DNA from: Thermodesulfobacteriota bacterium
GTDB taxonomy: Bacteria; Desulfobacterota_D; UBA1144; Nemesobacterales; JAJCZQ01
Direction of reading: 5' to 3'
DNA: 64,000 nucleotides
NCBI GenBank assembly: GCA_965203965.1
Contig: CBDBDR010000017.1
Location: forward strand, 736,001 to 800,000
Shown piece after piece: positions 45,349 to 54,541 of this stretch. The notes below the pieces were generated by a model. The model was not told the DNA's origin, searched no databases, and was given only the letters and a program-made list of their open reading frames with translations. The first letter of the stretch is position 1, and every line of letters starts with the position of its first letter. Made by a program: the position numbers and the translations under genes.

Positions 45349-46106
45349 TGAAAGAAACTCTTCTACTTTTCCGGACGGAGTTTTATATATTGGCAAGCGT
45401 GCTAATCATAAGTCTTATATCCCTTGCAGCCATGTTCACACTATTTATAAAAAATAATAAAATATACAACACAATTGCAATCTTAACTATCAGCCTTGCT
45501 GCAGGCGGTCTGCTCGGAGAGGTCTTTATACATATACTGCCCGAGTCAACGGCAGAGCAGGGTATGCTGAAAACAACTTTATTGGTCTTGTTCGGTCTTG
45601 TCGCCTTCTTCATACTAGAGAAATTTCTCCTGTGGAGAAATCTGAAGAATAAAAGTGGTATAAAAACAGTCGGGCAAATGAGTCTCCTTACTTATGGGAT
45701 ACACAACTTTATGGATGGATTTGTTATAGGAGCTGCATATCTGATTAGCATACCTCTGGGTATTGCCACCACCTTAGCCGTTTGCATACACGAAATTCCT
45801 ATGGAAATAGGCGAGGTCGGAATTCTCGTCAAATCTGGTTTTTCCAGAGCACAGGTAATATTATTCAATCTCGCTTCCTCTTCTACCGCAATATTAGGTG
45901 CCCTCTTAGCTATATACATCGGTGTCAGACTGAAAAACACTCCGACCCTGGTATTTACCTTTATGGCAGGGGCATACATCTACATAATAGGATTTGGACT
46001 GTTTCCCCTGTTAAAGAACGAGCTAAGATCATCCCGTGCAACCGGGCATTTTCTGGCTATGGGTATGGGTATCGGCGTAATGCTTTTAATTGCCTGCATG
46101 GAATAA
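45345..46106 (+). CDS. ZIP-family metal transporter
   Basis: HILPE, IHNFMDG, HEIPMEIG, FMAGAYIYI; multiple TM segments. Confidence 0.85.
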   Translation: MMKETLLLFRTEFYILASVLIISLISLAAMFTLFIKNNKIYNTIAILTISLAAGGLLGEVFIHILPESTAEQGMLKTTLLVLFGLVAFFILEKFLLWRNLKNKSGIKTVGQMSLLTYGIHNFMDGFVIGAAYLISIPLGIATTLAVCIHEIPMEIGEVGILVKSGFSRAQVILFNLASSSTAILGALLAIYIGVRLKNTPTLVFTFMAGAYIYIIGFGLFPLLKNELRSSRATGHFLAMGMGIGVMLLIACME

Positions 46107-46175
46107 CTATTATGACAAATAAAAATTCAACTCGCACTAATCTTACAAAACTACATTTTTAAAGGAGAGTAAAAA

Positions 46176-47564
46176 GTGTTGATACGACATTTTTTCTTGT
46201 ATTTTTTGATATTCGGATTCGGCTTTTTATTGTCCCCTGATTTTATCCCGAGTTCTTTCGCTAGTACTGATCAGATAGAGGTACTGAAAAGAAAGATGAA
46301 GCAGATGGAAAAAAACATGGAGATAATGAACAAAAAAATTGCCGAATTGGAAGAGCAAAACAGTTTATTGGAGCAGTTAAAGGACACGCAAGAGTTCCCA
46401 ATAGCCAAGGAAATCCAGCCTGAAGGACAAACTTTTTTAAGTAGAACCTTCCAGTCCCTAAACCCTGACATAAGTGTTACGGGAATTTTCGCCGGTTCAT
46501 GGTATTCGGAGGATTCACCGGAAGGACTTGCAGAAGTAGATCCGGCGGATACAGGAATAAACCTGCAAGAGATCGAATTGGGTTTCCAGTCCGTGGTTGA
46601 CCCATACTTCAGATTTGACAACTTTATCTCCTTTGGAGAGCACATAGAGTTGGAAGAAGCCTATGCCACAACTCTTGGGTCTCTGCCCATCAATTCACAG
46701 TTCAGAATTGGTATAATGAGAAGCAAATTCGGAAGGATCAATTTACTGCATCGTCATAATCAGAATTTTACCACCCTCCCACTTCCGGTCGCAGAGTTTC
46801 TCGGCGAGCATTTTAACCCACCTTCTATAGAAGCTAATTTCCTTGTTCCTCTGCCCTGGCATACCGAGTTGAGCGCATCCGTGGGCATACCAGACGTTGA
46901 AACTTCATCTTTTGCAAAGGATGAAGATACAAATAATCTTGGAAGGCTACTTTACAATTTGCATCTATCAAATTTCTTTGAAATTGGAGAATCCCTTGGT
47001 ATTTCAATCGGACGATCTTTTGCCACGGGACCCAACAACACGGAACCCGGCAAGGGCAACCGAACAAATCTCTATGGTGCGGATATTTTTATTAAATATA
47101 AACCAACGAGATCCAACCTATACAGGGAGCTTAATCTTCAGTCTGAATTTATTTACAGAGATGCTGAAACTGATGAAGGTAAACGTAAGGACTGGGGACT
47201 TTACGCACAGTTGGTTTACAGGTTTGCAAAAAGATGGAACATAGGTGGAAGGTATGAACTGACCAATACCGATGATCCGATTATGATGGCAATGACACAA
47301 GAACCTGATGATCATGAGGCAGAACCTGACGATCATGAAGCAGAACTTGACGACCATGAAGGAGAATCTCACGTTCATGAGGGAGAACTTGGACTACTCG
47401 GAAAACAGCAAAGGATCTCTTCAATGCTGACGTTCAACCCAACGGAATTTTCAAAAATACGTCTTGAATATAACTATCTGAACCGGGATTTTGATGAAAA
47501 TCGGCACGGGATATTTCTTCAGTTCCAACATACCATAGGTGCACACGCTGCACATCCTTATTAA
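46176..47564 (+). CDS. Outer-membrane beta-barrel channel with His/Asp-rich loop (putative metal porin)
   Basis: Signal peptide, coiled coil, LNPDIS, EIELGFQSVVDPY, LEEAY, FGRINLLHRH, PTEFSKIRLEY, C-terminal GAHAAHPY. Confidence 0.75.
   Translation: MLIRHFFLYFLIFGFGFLLSPDFIPSSFASTDQIEVLKRKMKQMEKNMEIMNKKIAELEEQNSLLEQLKDTQEFPIAKEIQPEGQTFLSRTFQSLNPDISVTGIFAGSWYSEDSPEGLAEVDPADTGINLQEIELGFQSVVDPYFRFDNFISFGEHIELEEAYATTLGSLPINSQFRIGIMRSKFGRINLLHRHNQNFTTLPLPVAEFLGEHFNPPSIEANFLVPLPWHTELSASVGIPDVETSSFAKDEDTNNLGRLLYNLHLSNFFEIGESLGISIGRSFATGPNNTEPGKGNRTNLYGADIFIKYKPTRSNLYRELNLQSEFIYRDAETDEGKRKDWGLYAQLVYRFAKRWNIGGRYELTNTDDPIMMAMTQEPDDHEAEPDDHEAELDDHEGESHVHEGELGLLGKQQRISSMLTFNPTEFSKIRLEYNYLNRDFDENRHGIFLQFQHTIGAHAAHPY
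47301..47363 (+). repeat. 3 x 21-bp in-frame tandem repeat encoding E(P/L)DDHE(A/G)
   Basis: GAACCTGATGATCATGAGGCA / GAACCTGACGATCATGAAGCA / GAACTTGACGACCATGAAGGA. Confidence 0.92.
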
Positions 47565-47598
47565 TTAGTAAAACTTAAACAAAACATGGGAGATAAAC

Positions 47599-48534
47599 AT
47601 GAATAGGATCAAATTTAGAATAATAACAGTGACCTTAAGCCTCTTTGCCTTTATTTTCATTCCCAGTAATTATGCTTTTGCAAAGATAAACATAGTTACC
47701 TCAGTTCCAAACCTTGCTTCAATAGCAAAGGAAATAGGCAAGAATCAAGTAAAGGTAAAAAGTATTGCAAGAGGTTACCAGAACCCTCATTACGTTGACG
47801 CAAAACCAAGCTACGTTTTGGATCTGAATAGGGCGGATCTGCTGGTTTATATTGGACTCGACCTTGAAGTCGGATGGCTACCACGTCTGGTAACTGGTGC
47901 AAGAAACTCAAAGATCAACAAGGGTTCAAATGGTGACCTTGATGCTTCCACCCTTATACCATTACCGCTTGAAGTTTTGCAGAATAAGGTTGATAGATCA
48001 ATGGGTGATATACACCCCAGTGGAAACCCACATTTTCTTCTGGATCCCAGAAATGCAATTATTGTAGCAAGAGGGATAACGGAAAAACTTGTAAATATAG
48101 ACCCCGAAAACAGTGCAAAATACAGATCAAATCTGGCTGATTTCACAAGCAGGCTGGAGAACAAAATCACGAAATGGGAATCTATGCTTGCTCCTCATAA
48201 AGGCACAAAATTTTTCACCTATCATAAGTTGTGGACATATTTTTTAAAGTGGGCTGGCTTTGAGGAAATTGGAACCATTGAACAAAAACCTGGAATTGGA
48301 CCTTCTCCCCGACACCTGAGAAACATTATAAATATTGGTAAGTCATCCGATGTCCGACTTGTTATAGCCTCCAACTACCACGCAGATAAAACCGGGAAAG
48401 CAATAGCAAAAGCAGTCGGCGTCCAATTTCTATCTCTACCCGTTCAAGTTGGCGGAGAAAAAAACGTAAAAACCTACACGGATCTAATTGATCTTGTAGT
48501 AAGTAGAATCACGTCAAATTTACAAAATGAATGA
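47599..48534 (+). CDS. Zn/Mn ABC substrate-binding protein (ZnuA-like)
   Basis: Signal peptide, NPHYV, GLDLEVGWL, DIHPSGNPHFLLDP, YHKLWTYF, EQKPGI. Confidence 0.88.
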   Translation: MNRIKFRIITVTLSLFAFIFIPSNYAFAKINIVTSVPNLASIAKEIGKNQVKVKSIARGYQNPHYVDAKPSYVLDLNRADLLVYIGLDLEVGWLPRLVTGARNSKINKGSNGDLDASTLIPLPLEVLQNKVDRSMGDIHPSGNPHFLLDPRNAIIVARGITEKLVNIDPENSAKYRSNLADFTSRLENKITKWESMLAPHKGTKFFTYHKLWTYFLKWAGFEEIGTIEQKPGIGPSPRHLRNIINIGKSSDVRLVIASNYHADKTGKAIAKAVGVQFLSLPVQVGGEKNVKTYTDLIDLVVSRITSNLQNE

Positions 48535-49213
48535 GATTATCAGGCTTGAAAATGCGTCCATAGGCTACAACAAGGTGTCAGTCATAGATGGTATTGACCT
48601 CTCTATATCAAGAAGTGAATCTTGGGGAATTATCGGACCAAATGGGGGAGGAAAGACAACTCTTCTTAAAACACTGATCGGACTGCAAAAAGTGATTAAG
48701 GGAGTGTATTCAACTCAGAACAATATAAGTTTCGGATACGTTCCTCAAAAAGAAAGTTTTGACCGTATATACCCCATCTCAGTCGCGGAAGTCGTTTCAA
48801 TGGGCAGATACCTGCATACACCTTTTGGAAAAAGAATCAAAAAACGTGATTGGCAAATAATAGGAGAAAGCATTGATAAATTGGGAATTTCACATCTGAA
48901 AGAAAAAAACTTTGGCTCCCTTTCCGGAGGAGAAATACAGAAAACACTCATTGCTCGCGCCATCGCCGGGGAGCCTAACGTGCTTGTTCTGGATGAACCC
49001 ACCGCATCAGTTGACAGCAACGGAGAGGTTGCAATTATGTCATTGATAAAAAAAATAAAAAAGGAAAATAAACTTACTGTTATCATGGTAAGTCACCATA
49101 GTGAACTTGCAAAAAACCTTATTGAAAAGTTTTTCTTTGTAAACAAAGATAAAAATCTGTGCGAAATATACGACAGCGATAGTGATAAGGAAATCAATGA
49201 CAATTTAAAGTAA
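48527..49213 (+). CDS. Metal ABC ATPase (ZnuC-like)
   Basis: GPNGGGKTT, YVPQ, LSGGE, LDEPT. Confidence 0.9.
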   Translation: MNEIIRLENASIGYNKVSVIDGIDLSISRSESWGIIGPNGGGKTTLLKTLIGLQKVIKGVYSTQNNISFGYVPQKESFDRIYPISVAEVVSMGRYLHTPFGKRIKKRDWQIIGESIDKLGISHLKEKNFGSLSGGEIQKTLIARAIAGEPNVLVLDEPTASVDSNGEVAIMSLIKKIKKENKLTVIMVSHHSELAKNLIEKFFFVNKDKNLCEIYDSDSDKEINDNLK

Positions 49214-49229
49214 GGAATTATGAATTACC

Positions 49230-50081
49230 ATGATGACCATTATGATTGAACTTGTTGACGGCTATTTTCTCTGGCGAGATCCAGTGATCGTTGCTGCAGT
49301 TTGCGGCGCGGTTTGCGGTTTATTCGGAGTTCACATAGTTCTTAAACGCATGGTCTTTATAAGTGCCGCTCTGACGCAAGTATCCAGTTGCGGTGTGGTA
49401 ATGGTGTTTTTCCTCCAATCACTGTTTGTAAATAATCTGGTCGATTTTTTGGATCCGTTTCAATTCTCTATCTTGATTACAGTCCTTGTAGCATTTTTAT
49501 TCTCATTGAAAAGAAATTTTCACCCCGTATCAATGGAAGGCATAACAGGATTTACGTTTCTGATTTTTTCCTCTCTGGTCATTATTCTTTCCGATAAAAT
49601 AGCTCAGGGTAGCCACGAGATTAATAACATCCTTTTTGGCAGTGCAGTTACCGTTTACCCGTCGGAAGTTATACTTATCCCGTTACTTTCTGGCATGGGA
49701 CTTATCATAAGTATTGTCTTCTTTAAGGATTTTATTTTTGTTTCTTATGACCCCGAAACAGCAAAACTGTATAAATACCCCGTCAAGGCTATCAATTTAA
49801 TTTTGTTTACAACACTTGCAGTTATCCTTGCAGTTTCTACAAGGGCACTCGGATCCATTACGGTATTTTCACTGCTCATTCTCCCCGCACTCTCAGCTTT
49901 GTATTTAAGTAGAAGCATAAAAAACATTTTTTTCATTTCTTCAATTCTTGGCTCACTTTCAGCAGTGTTTGGATATTTTTTCTCCTATATTTTTTCTTTA
50001 CCTACCGGAGCCACAATGACTTTCACCGCTTCAATTGTTCTCATTATTTCTTTTTTCATAAACTGGGTTAAAAGGAGCTAA
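49230..50081 (+). CDS. Metal ABC permease (ZnuB/ABC-3 family)
   Basis: GVHIVLKRMVF, ILFGS, SYDPETA, LLILPA, LPTGA. Confidence 0.88.
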   Translation: MMTIMIELVDGYFLWRDPVIVAAVCGAVCGLFGVHIVLKRMVFISAALTQVSSCGVVMVFFLQSLFVNNLVDFLDPFQFSILITVLVAFLFSLKRNFHPVSMEGITGFTFLIFSSLVIILSDKIAQGSHEINNILFGSAVTVYPSEVILIPLLSGMGLIISIVFFKDFIFVSYDPETAKLYKYPVKAINLILFTTLAVILAVSTRALGSITVFSLLILPALSALYLSRSIKNIFFISSILGSLSAVFGYFFSYIFSLPTGATMTFTASIVLIISFFINWVKRS

Positions 50082-50083
50082 CC

Positions 50084-50243
50084 GTGAAAAGCCAGCCGCT
50101 TTTGAAAGTTGAGAACCTAACAAGTTCATTCACCTCACCCGGTGATGCTCATCCCAACTATGCTTGGAACAATAGCAGGATTAACACCTGCCAGAAAGTT
50201 ATATAAGACAGAGGTTGCACGCAACTTACCCCCTTTACCTTAG
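50084..50243 (+). pseudogene. Deletion scar joining the 5' end of an ABC ATPase gene to the 3' end of a MacB/FtsX-type permease gene
   Basis: AGGAG SD plus GTG 50084 reads MKSQPLLKVENLTSSFTSPG. From about 50145 another frame reads MLIPTMLGTIAGLTPARKLYKTEVARNLPPLP* (stop 50241-50243). Confidence 0.65.
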
Positions 50244-50262
50244 AAAAACAATCGTCTATAAT
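50234..50262 (+). promoter_or_regulatory. Probable sigma70 promoter giving a leaderless methyltransferase mRNA
   Basis: TTTACC-17 bp-TATAAT, then 7 nt to ATG 50270; no SD. Confidence 0.5.
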
Positions 50263-50269
50263 TCCAACT

Positions 50270-51100
50270 ATGGAAAATATAGATATAGAAAAGGTCGGAA
50301 AAACAGCATTTGTAGTTGCCTGCCTTCGGACAATTGGGAAAAAGCATAAGAATAGATTATTCAATGATCCTTATGCTGAATGGTTCATAAACGACAAGAT
50401 GAAATCAACGGTGCAACAACTTCAGATCATTTTCCCGGAGAGCAGTGATACGGCTCGCTGCCGTTTTTATAAACTGAATGAGATTGTTGAGAAGGAGATT
50501 AATGGCGGTGTGACTCAAATTGTTATATTGGGATCAGGCTTTGACATGAGGTCGCAAATATTTGCCACCGAAGGCGTTAATTTCTATGAAGTTGATCAGC
50601 CTGCCGTACTGCAATTCAAGCATGAGATTCTCAAAAACCACGGTGTCACCCCTTGTGCATCAGTACCTTGCAATTATTTGGAGGTCAACCTACCTGAAAA
50701 ACTTGCCGAAATCGGTCTTGACATCAACACACATACTCTATTTGTCTGGGAAGGCAATTCCATGTATCTGCCTGCTGATCTGTTGTATGATCTATTAAAC
50801 CGGTTGCACCATCAAATTCCATCTTTCACGATCATATTTGATTACTTCTCCGATAAATTCGTCAATCGCACGTCTGGCAACAAAAAATTAGAAAATTTGG
50901 CAGACCTATTTGAGCAAAGGCTTGGTGTCAAATGGGCAACGGGCTTTGACAACTCTGAGGTGTTTGAGAAAAAAACCGGACTCAAGATAGTTGAGTCTGG
51001 AGACATAATAGACACCTGTAAACACTTTTATCCAGAATTTCCAACTTCCCTATCCAACGACATGGGAATTTGGTTTTACTGTATCCTCAAAACGCCCTGA
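50270..51100 (+). CDS. SAM-dependent methyltransferase (LCM/YktD-like)
   Basis: VGKTA, LFNDPYA, QIVILGSGFDMR, YEVDQP, VWEGNSMYL. Confidence 0.85.
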   Translation: MENIDIEKVGKTAFVVACLRTIGKKHKNRLFNDPYAEWFINDKMKSTVQQLQIIFPESSDTARCRFYKLNEIVEKEINGGVTQIVILGSGFDMRSQIFATEGVNFYEVDQPAVLQFKHEILKNHGVTPCASVPCNYLEVNLPEKLAEIGLDINTHTLFVWEGNSMYLPADLLYDLLNRLHHQIPSFTIIFDYFSDKFVNRTSGNKKLENLADLFEQRLGVKWATGFDNSEVFEKKTGLKIVESGDIIDTCKHFYPEFPTSLSNDMGIWFYCILKTP

Positions 51101-51397
51101 TTTTGTTTTATGATAAAAAGATTATTGATTAAAAACATTTGGCTCAAAACAAATAGCTAAAGTGTTAGTAGTTTTATCACTGGGATTTCTTTTTATGCTC
51201 GGAGTTAGTTACAATCCCAAAATCTACTATGATTATTCTCAGGCAGGTTTTCTGTAGAAGACAACAACCTTGTTGGAAGTCTCTATTCCATGAAAGCATT
51301 CAAGGTGAAAAAAGCTAACAATTTATAATTGGTGCTTGAATTATCTTTATAATTTGGGATAGTATGAGACTTGTTTTATTATTTTAGGGGGTTTGAA

Positions 51398-51559
51398 ATG
51401 GGAAAATCAGACAGCAGAGTGTTAATAAAATTAAAAAGCACTGAAAGTCCTTATATTTACTACACTAAAAAGAACAAGAAAAATACTGAGAACAGGCTGG
51501 AACTGAAAAAATACGACCCCGTTGTCAGAAAGCACGTACTTTTTAAGGAATCTAAGTAA
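51398..51559 (+). CDS. rpmG: 50S ribosomal protein L33, cysteine-free (C-) type
   Basis: IKLKSTE, YYTKKNKKNT, LELKKYDPVVRKHVLFKE; no Cys; start ATG 51398. Confidence 0.95.
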   Translation: MGKSDSRVLIKLKSTESPYIYYTKKNKKNTENRLELKKYDPVVRKHVLFKESK

Positions 51560-51573
51560 TATGGAGAACTGAA

Positions 51574-51816
51574 ATGGCAAAAAAGTGTGACTTAACAGGA
51601 AAAAAACCTCTTGTAGGAAACCATGTTTCACATGCTAACAACAAAGTTAAACGGCGCCAGTATCCGAATTTACACACAAAGAGATTTTACATTCCTGAAA
51701 TTGGCAAAACCGTCAAATTAAAACTATCAAACCGCGCATTAAGGACCATCAACAAAAAAGGTCTTCTAAATTTCATAAACGATAAGGGTATAAGTTTAAA
51801 GAGCATTACCAGATAA
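51574..51816 (+). CDS. rpmB: 50S ribosomal protein L28 without a zinc ribbon
   Basis: CDLTGK, GNHVSHANNK, PNL, ALRTINKKG; single Cys. Confidence 0.95.
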   Translation: MAKKCDLTGKKPLVGNHVSHANNKVKRRQYPNLHTKRFYIPEIGKTVKLKLSNRALRTINKKGLLNFINDKGISLKSITR

Positions 51817-51940
51817 TAGAGTGAACAACAAGAAAACAACGACCACTGTTTCCCAGATGATTAATTCTTCAGAAAACCAAACCGACTGCTACATAGCTGG
51901 TCTATGCCAATAATGACTGATAGATAAACCCCGACTGTTT

Positions 51941-52819
51941 CTAACTCAACAGATAAGCAAGAACCAGTGGAACTGCAAGCATAGAAAGAACAGTTCCAGC
52001 CATAATTATTGACGCAACTGTCTTGGAATCTTTGTCATATTTTTCAGCCAATATGAAATTAAATACCGCCGGTGGCATTGAAGACTGAAGTATCATCACA
52101 CTGGCTACAATTCCTTCAAGTTGAAATACCTTAACAAATACAACCCCCAAGCAAAAACCCAGTAAAATTCTCAGCCCTCCGAATAGAAAAGAAGTCATTA
52201 CCGTTGTTATTTGGAGTTCTGACAGTTTATAGCCAAGTGCAAAAATCATTGCAGGAACGCTAATATCAGCCAAAAGGTCAACAGCCCTCGCAACGGGTGA
52301 CGGCATATTGTATTCAGAAATGCTGATTAACAATCCAATAACTACGGAATAGATTAGAGGGAGTCTGAATATCTCCAAAGGGTTTTTACGAGGATTCAGT
52401 ATTACTATTCCCACGGAATAGTGAAAAACAGTGATTGCTACAAAACATATAATTGCAATGTTAAAGCCAGTTTGTCCAAAGGCAAAAAAAGCAAGAGGTA
52501 AACCCATGCTTCCGGTGTTGCCAAACAGTATCGGTGGTATATAAACTTCATAAGACAGTTTTAACAACCTTACAATCAAAAGTCCTAAGATCATTGAAAC
52601 TACAAGGACTGCACCTGCTGTTAAAAATATTTTCCCCGCTATAGTCAGATCAATTGGAAACTTGGAAAGTGAAGAAACCACAAGGCATGGAGTAGTTACA
52701 TAGACAATAAGATCATTGACGGACTTCAGATCTATTTTTTTACACTTACTAAAAAAATAACCTGTGAGTATTACTAGAAAAATAGGTAATACGATATTAA
52801 AAATTTCGGTTAGAATCAA
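51941..52819 (-). CDS. AEC-family (auxin efflux carrier-like) transporter
   Basis: GNTGSMGLP, FRLPLIYS, SMPPAV. Start moved to TTG 52819 (GGAG SD) to avoid the fabH overlap. Confidence 0.85.
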   Translation of the reverse strand: MILTEIFNIVLPIFLVILTGYFFSKCKKIDLKSVNDLIVYVTTPCLVVSSLSKFPIDLTIAGKIFLTAGAVLVVSMILGLLIVRLLKLSYEVYIPPILFGNTGSMGLPLAFFAFGQTGFNIAIICFVAITVFHYSVGIVILNPRKNPLEIFRLPLIYSVVIGLLISISEYNMPSPVARAVDLLADISVPAMIFALGYKLSELQITTVMTSFLFGGLRILLGFCLGVVFVKVFQLEGIVASVMILQSSMPPAVFNFILAEKYDKDSKTVASIIMAGTVLSMLAVPLVLAYLLS

Positions 52820-52877
52820 AGATTTCTCCGTTCTGTAAAAATTTTGACCTGTAACCGATTCAGTATAGAAAAGATTG

Positions 52878-53855
52878 CTACAATCTAAACAAAGTTGCAC
52901 CCCATGTAAACCCTGCACCAAACGTTGACGTTAACACAATGTCACCTTTGGAAACTCTGCCGGACTGGACAACCTCATCAAGTGCAATGGGAACCGAAGC
53001 AGAGGACGTGTTGCCGTATTTGTGCAGATTCACGTATACCTTATCTTCTGTCATATCCAGCCTTTTTCTCACTGCATCAATTATCCTTATATTAGCTTGA
53101 TGGGGAATAAACAGGTCAACATCTCTGCAGGACATTTTTGCCTTCTCCATGGCTTCAATTGAGGCAGTTTCGAGTGATTTTACTGCCACTTTAAACACAT
53201 CTTTTCCGTTCATTTTCAAAAAGTGGTCGCGGTTCCTAACACTTTCTTCGGTTGCAGGTATTCTTGAACCACCCCCAGGCATATACAAAAACTCCCAGTT
53301 GTTTCCATCTGAGTTAAGACACGAAGACAAGATGCCCGGTTCATCCGATTGTGATAAAACTACCGCTCCCGCACCATCACCAAATAAAATGCAGGTGGTT
53401 CTATCTTCATAATCTATGATCCTTGATAAAACCTCCGCACCCACTATCAGGAGCTTATTAAATTGACCGGAGCATATCATCCCATTTCCAACGTGCAGCG
53501 CATATAAGAAACCGGAACATCCTGCGAGCAGATCAAACGCCATAATATTTTCGCAGCCAAGTTTACTTTGCAGTATGCATGCAGTTGAAGGAAAAATGAA
53601 GTCGGGTGAAATTGTTCCAAGTATTATGCCGTCCAGTTCAGACGCGCACACACCGGCGCTTTCTAAAGCCTTCACGGATGCCTCATAAGCTATATCGGAC
53701 GTATAAACACCTTTATCCACTATTCGTCTCTGCTTTATACCGGTTCTTGTCGTTATCCACTCATCTGAAGTATCAATCATATTTTCAAGATGGTGGTTGG
53801 AAAGAATCCTCTCCGGCGCACTGGAACCTGTCCCTATTATTTTCGCATATTTCAA
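52878..53855 (-). CDS. fabH: 3-oxoacyl-ACP synthase III
   Basis: DTSDEWITTRTGI, AGCSGF, LFGDGAGA, HQANIRI, GNTSSAS, FGAGFTWG. Confidence 0.95.
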   Translation of the reverse strand: MKYAKIIGTGSSAPERILSNHHLENMIDTSDEWITTRTGIKQRRIVDKGVYTSDIAYEASVKALESAGVCASELDGIILGTISPDFIFPSTACILQSKLGCENIMAFDLLAGCSGFLYALHVGNGMICSGQFNKLLIVGAEVLSRIIDYEDRTTCILFGDGAGAVVLSQSDEPGILSSCLNSDGNNWEFLYMPGGGSRIPATEESVRNRDHFLKMNGKDVFKVAVKSLETASIEAMEKAKMSCRDVDLFIPHQANIRIIDAVRKRLDMTEDKVYVNLHKYGNTSSASVPIALDEVVQSGRVSKGDIVLTSTFGAGFTWGATLFRL

Positions 53856-53885
53856 GTTTTAACAACCTTTAGATATTCTTTGTTT

Positions 53886-53914
53886 ATTATTCTAACCTGA
53901 CGATTTAATGTCAA
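53886..53914 (-). promoter_or_regulatory. Probable sigma70 promoter for fabH
   Basis: TTGACA-17 bp-AATAAT on the minus strand. Confidence 0.55.
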
Positions 53915-53917
53915 ATT

Positions 53918-54355
53918 TTATAAATTTTTTAAGCAATTTCTCAATTGATCAATTTCTAATTCCTCAACCTCCATTCTTATACATCTTCTGTACGTATCGG
54001 TTAAAAAGTATAATCCCGTATGAGGTCTATCAATAATTGATTGCAAAATGTTTAATTCATGCTCCGAATCAGAGTTGAAAAAATAACCATATTTAACCGA
54101 TAAACCACAAACTGTTTTTAATCTAAGTTCGACATTTATTGTCGGAAATTCTGGTCTGCTAATTCTTTTAAAATTTAACAATGCAGACCGCAATCCACTC
54201 AACCTTTCTACCATTTTCCCGGAATCTTTTATTATAAAAGCAATTGAACTCTCAACTTTGGCAACAACCAAACCGGATTCAATTACCGATAGCTCTATCT
54301 CCAACTCATTTGAAATATCATAATTTTCTGATCTTGCTGGTGATATAATTTTCAT
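53918..54355 (-). CDS. Hypothetical protein (145 aa)
   Basis: Fills an intergenic gap with globular-looking sequence from MKIISP; the upstream extension to 54514 looks non-coding. Confidence 0.55.
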   Translation of the reverse strand: MKIISPARSENYDISNELEIELSVIESGLVVAKVESSIAFIIKDSGKMVERLSGLRSALLNFKRISRPEFPTINVELRLKTVCGLSVKYGYFFNSDSEHELNILQSIIDRPHTGLYFLTDTYRRCIRMEVEELEIDQLRNCLKNL

Positions 54356-54541
54356 AAGCTGAAATACGGGATTTATACATAAGGCAGTATAAAACCAATT
54401 AATACGAAGATAAAATAATAATTTTTGAGAATTTTGTAAGACATTTTGATACAATGTCAAGTAGTAAATTTGATAACATTTATCTAAAGTGTTACTATTA
54501 ATTTCTAAACCCATTATCTAAAAAGCAATAAGGAGGAAATA

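Noticed and set aside
47301..47363. CRISPR or mobile repeat
   Set aside because: In-frame coding repeat without spacers.
50158..50364. 68-aa minus-strand ORF
   Set aside because: Antisense to the ABC scar and the methyltransferase start, with no protein features.
52820..52921. N-terminal extension of the AEC transporter overlapping fabH
   Set aside because: A TTG with a GGAG SD at 52819 gives a normal-length protein.
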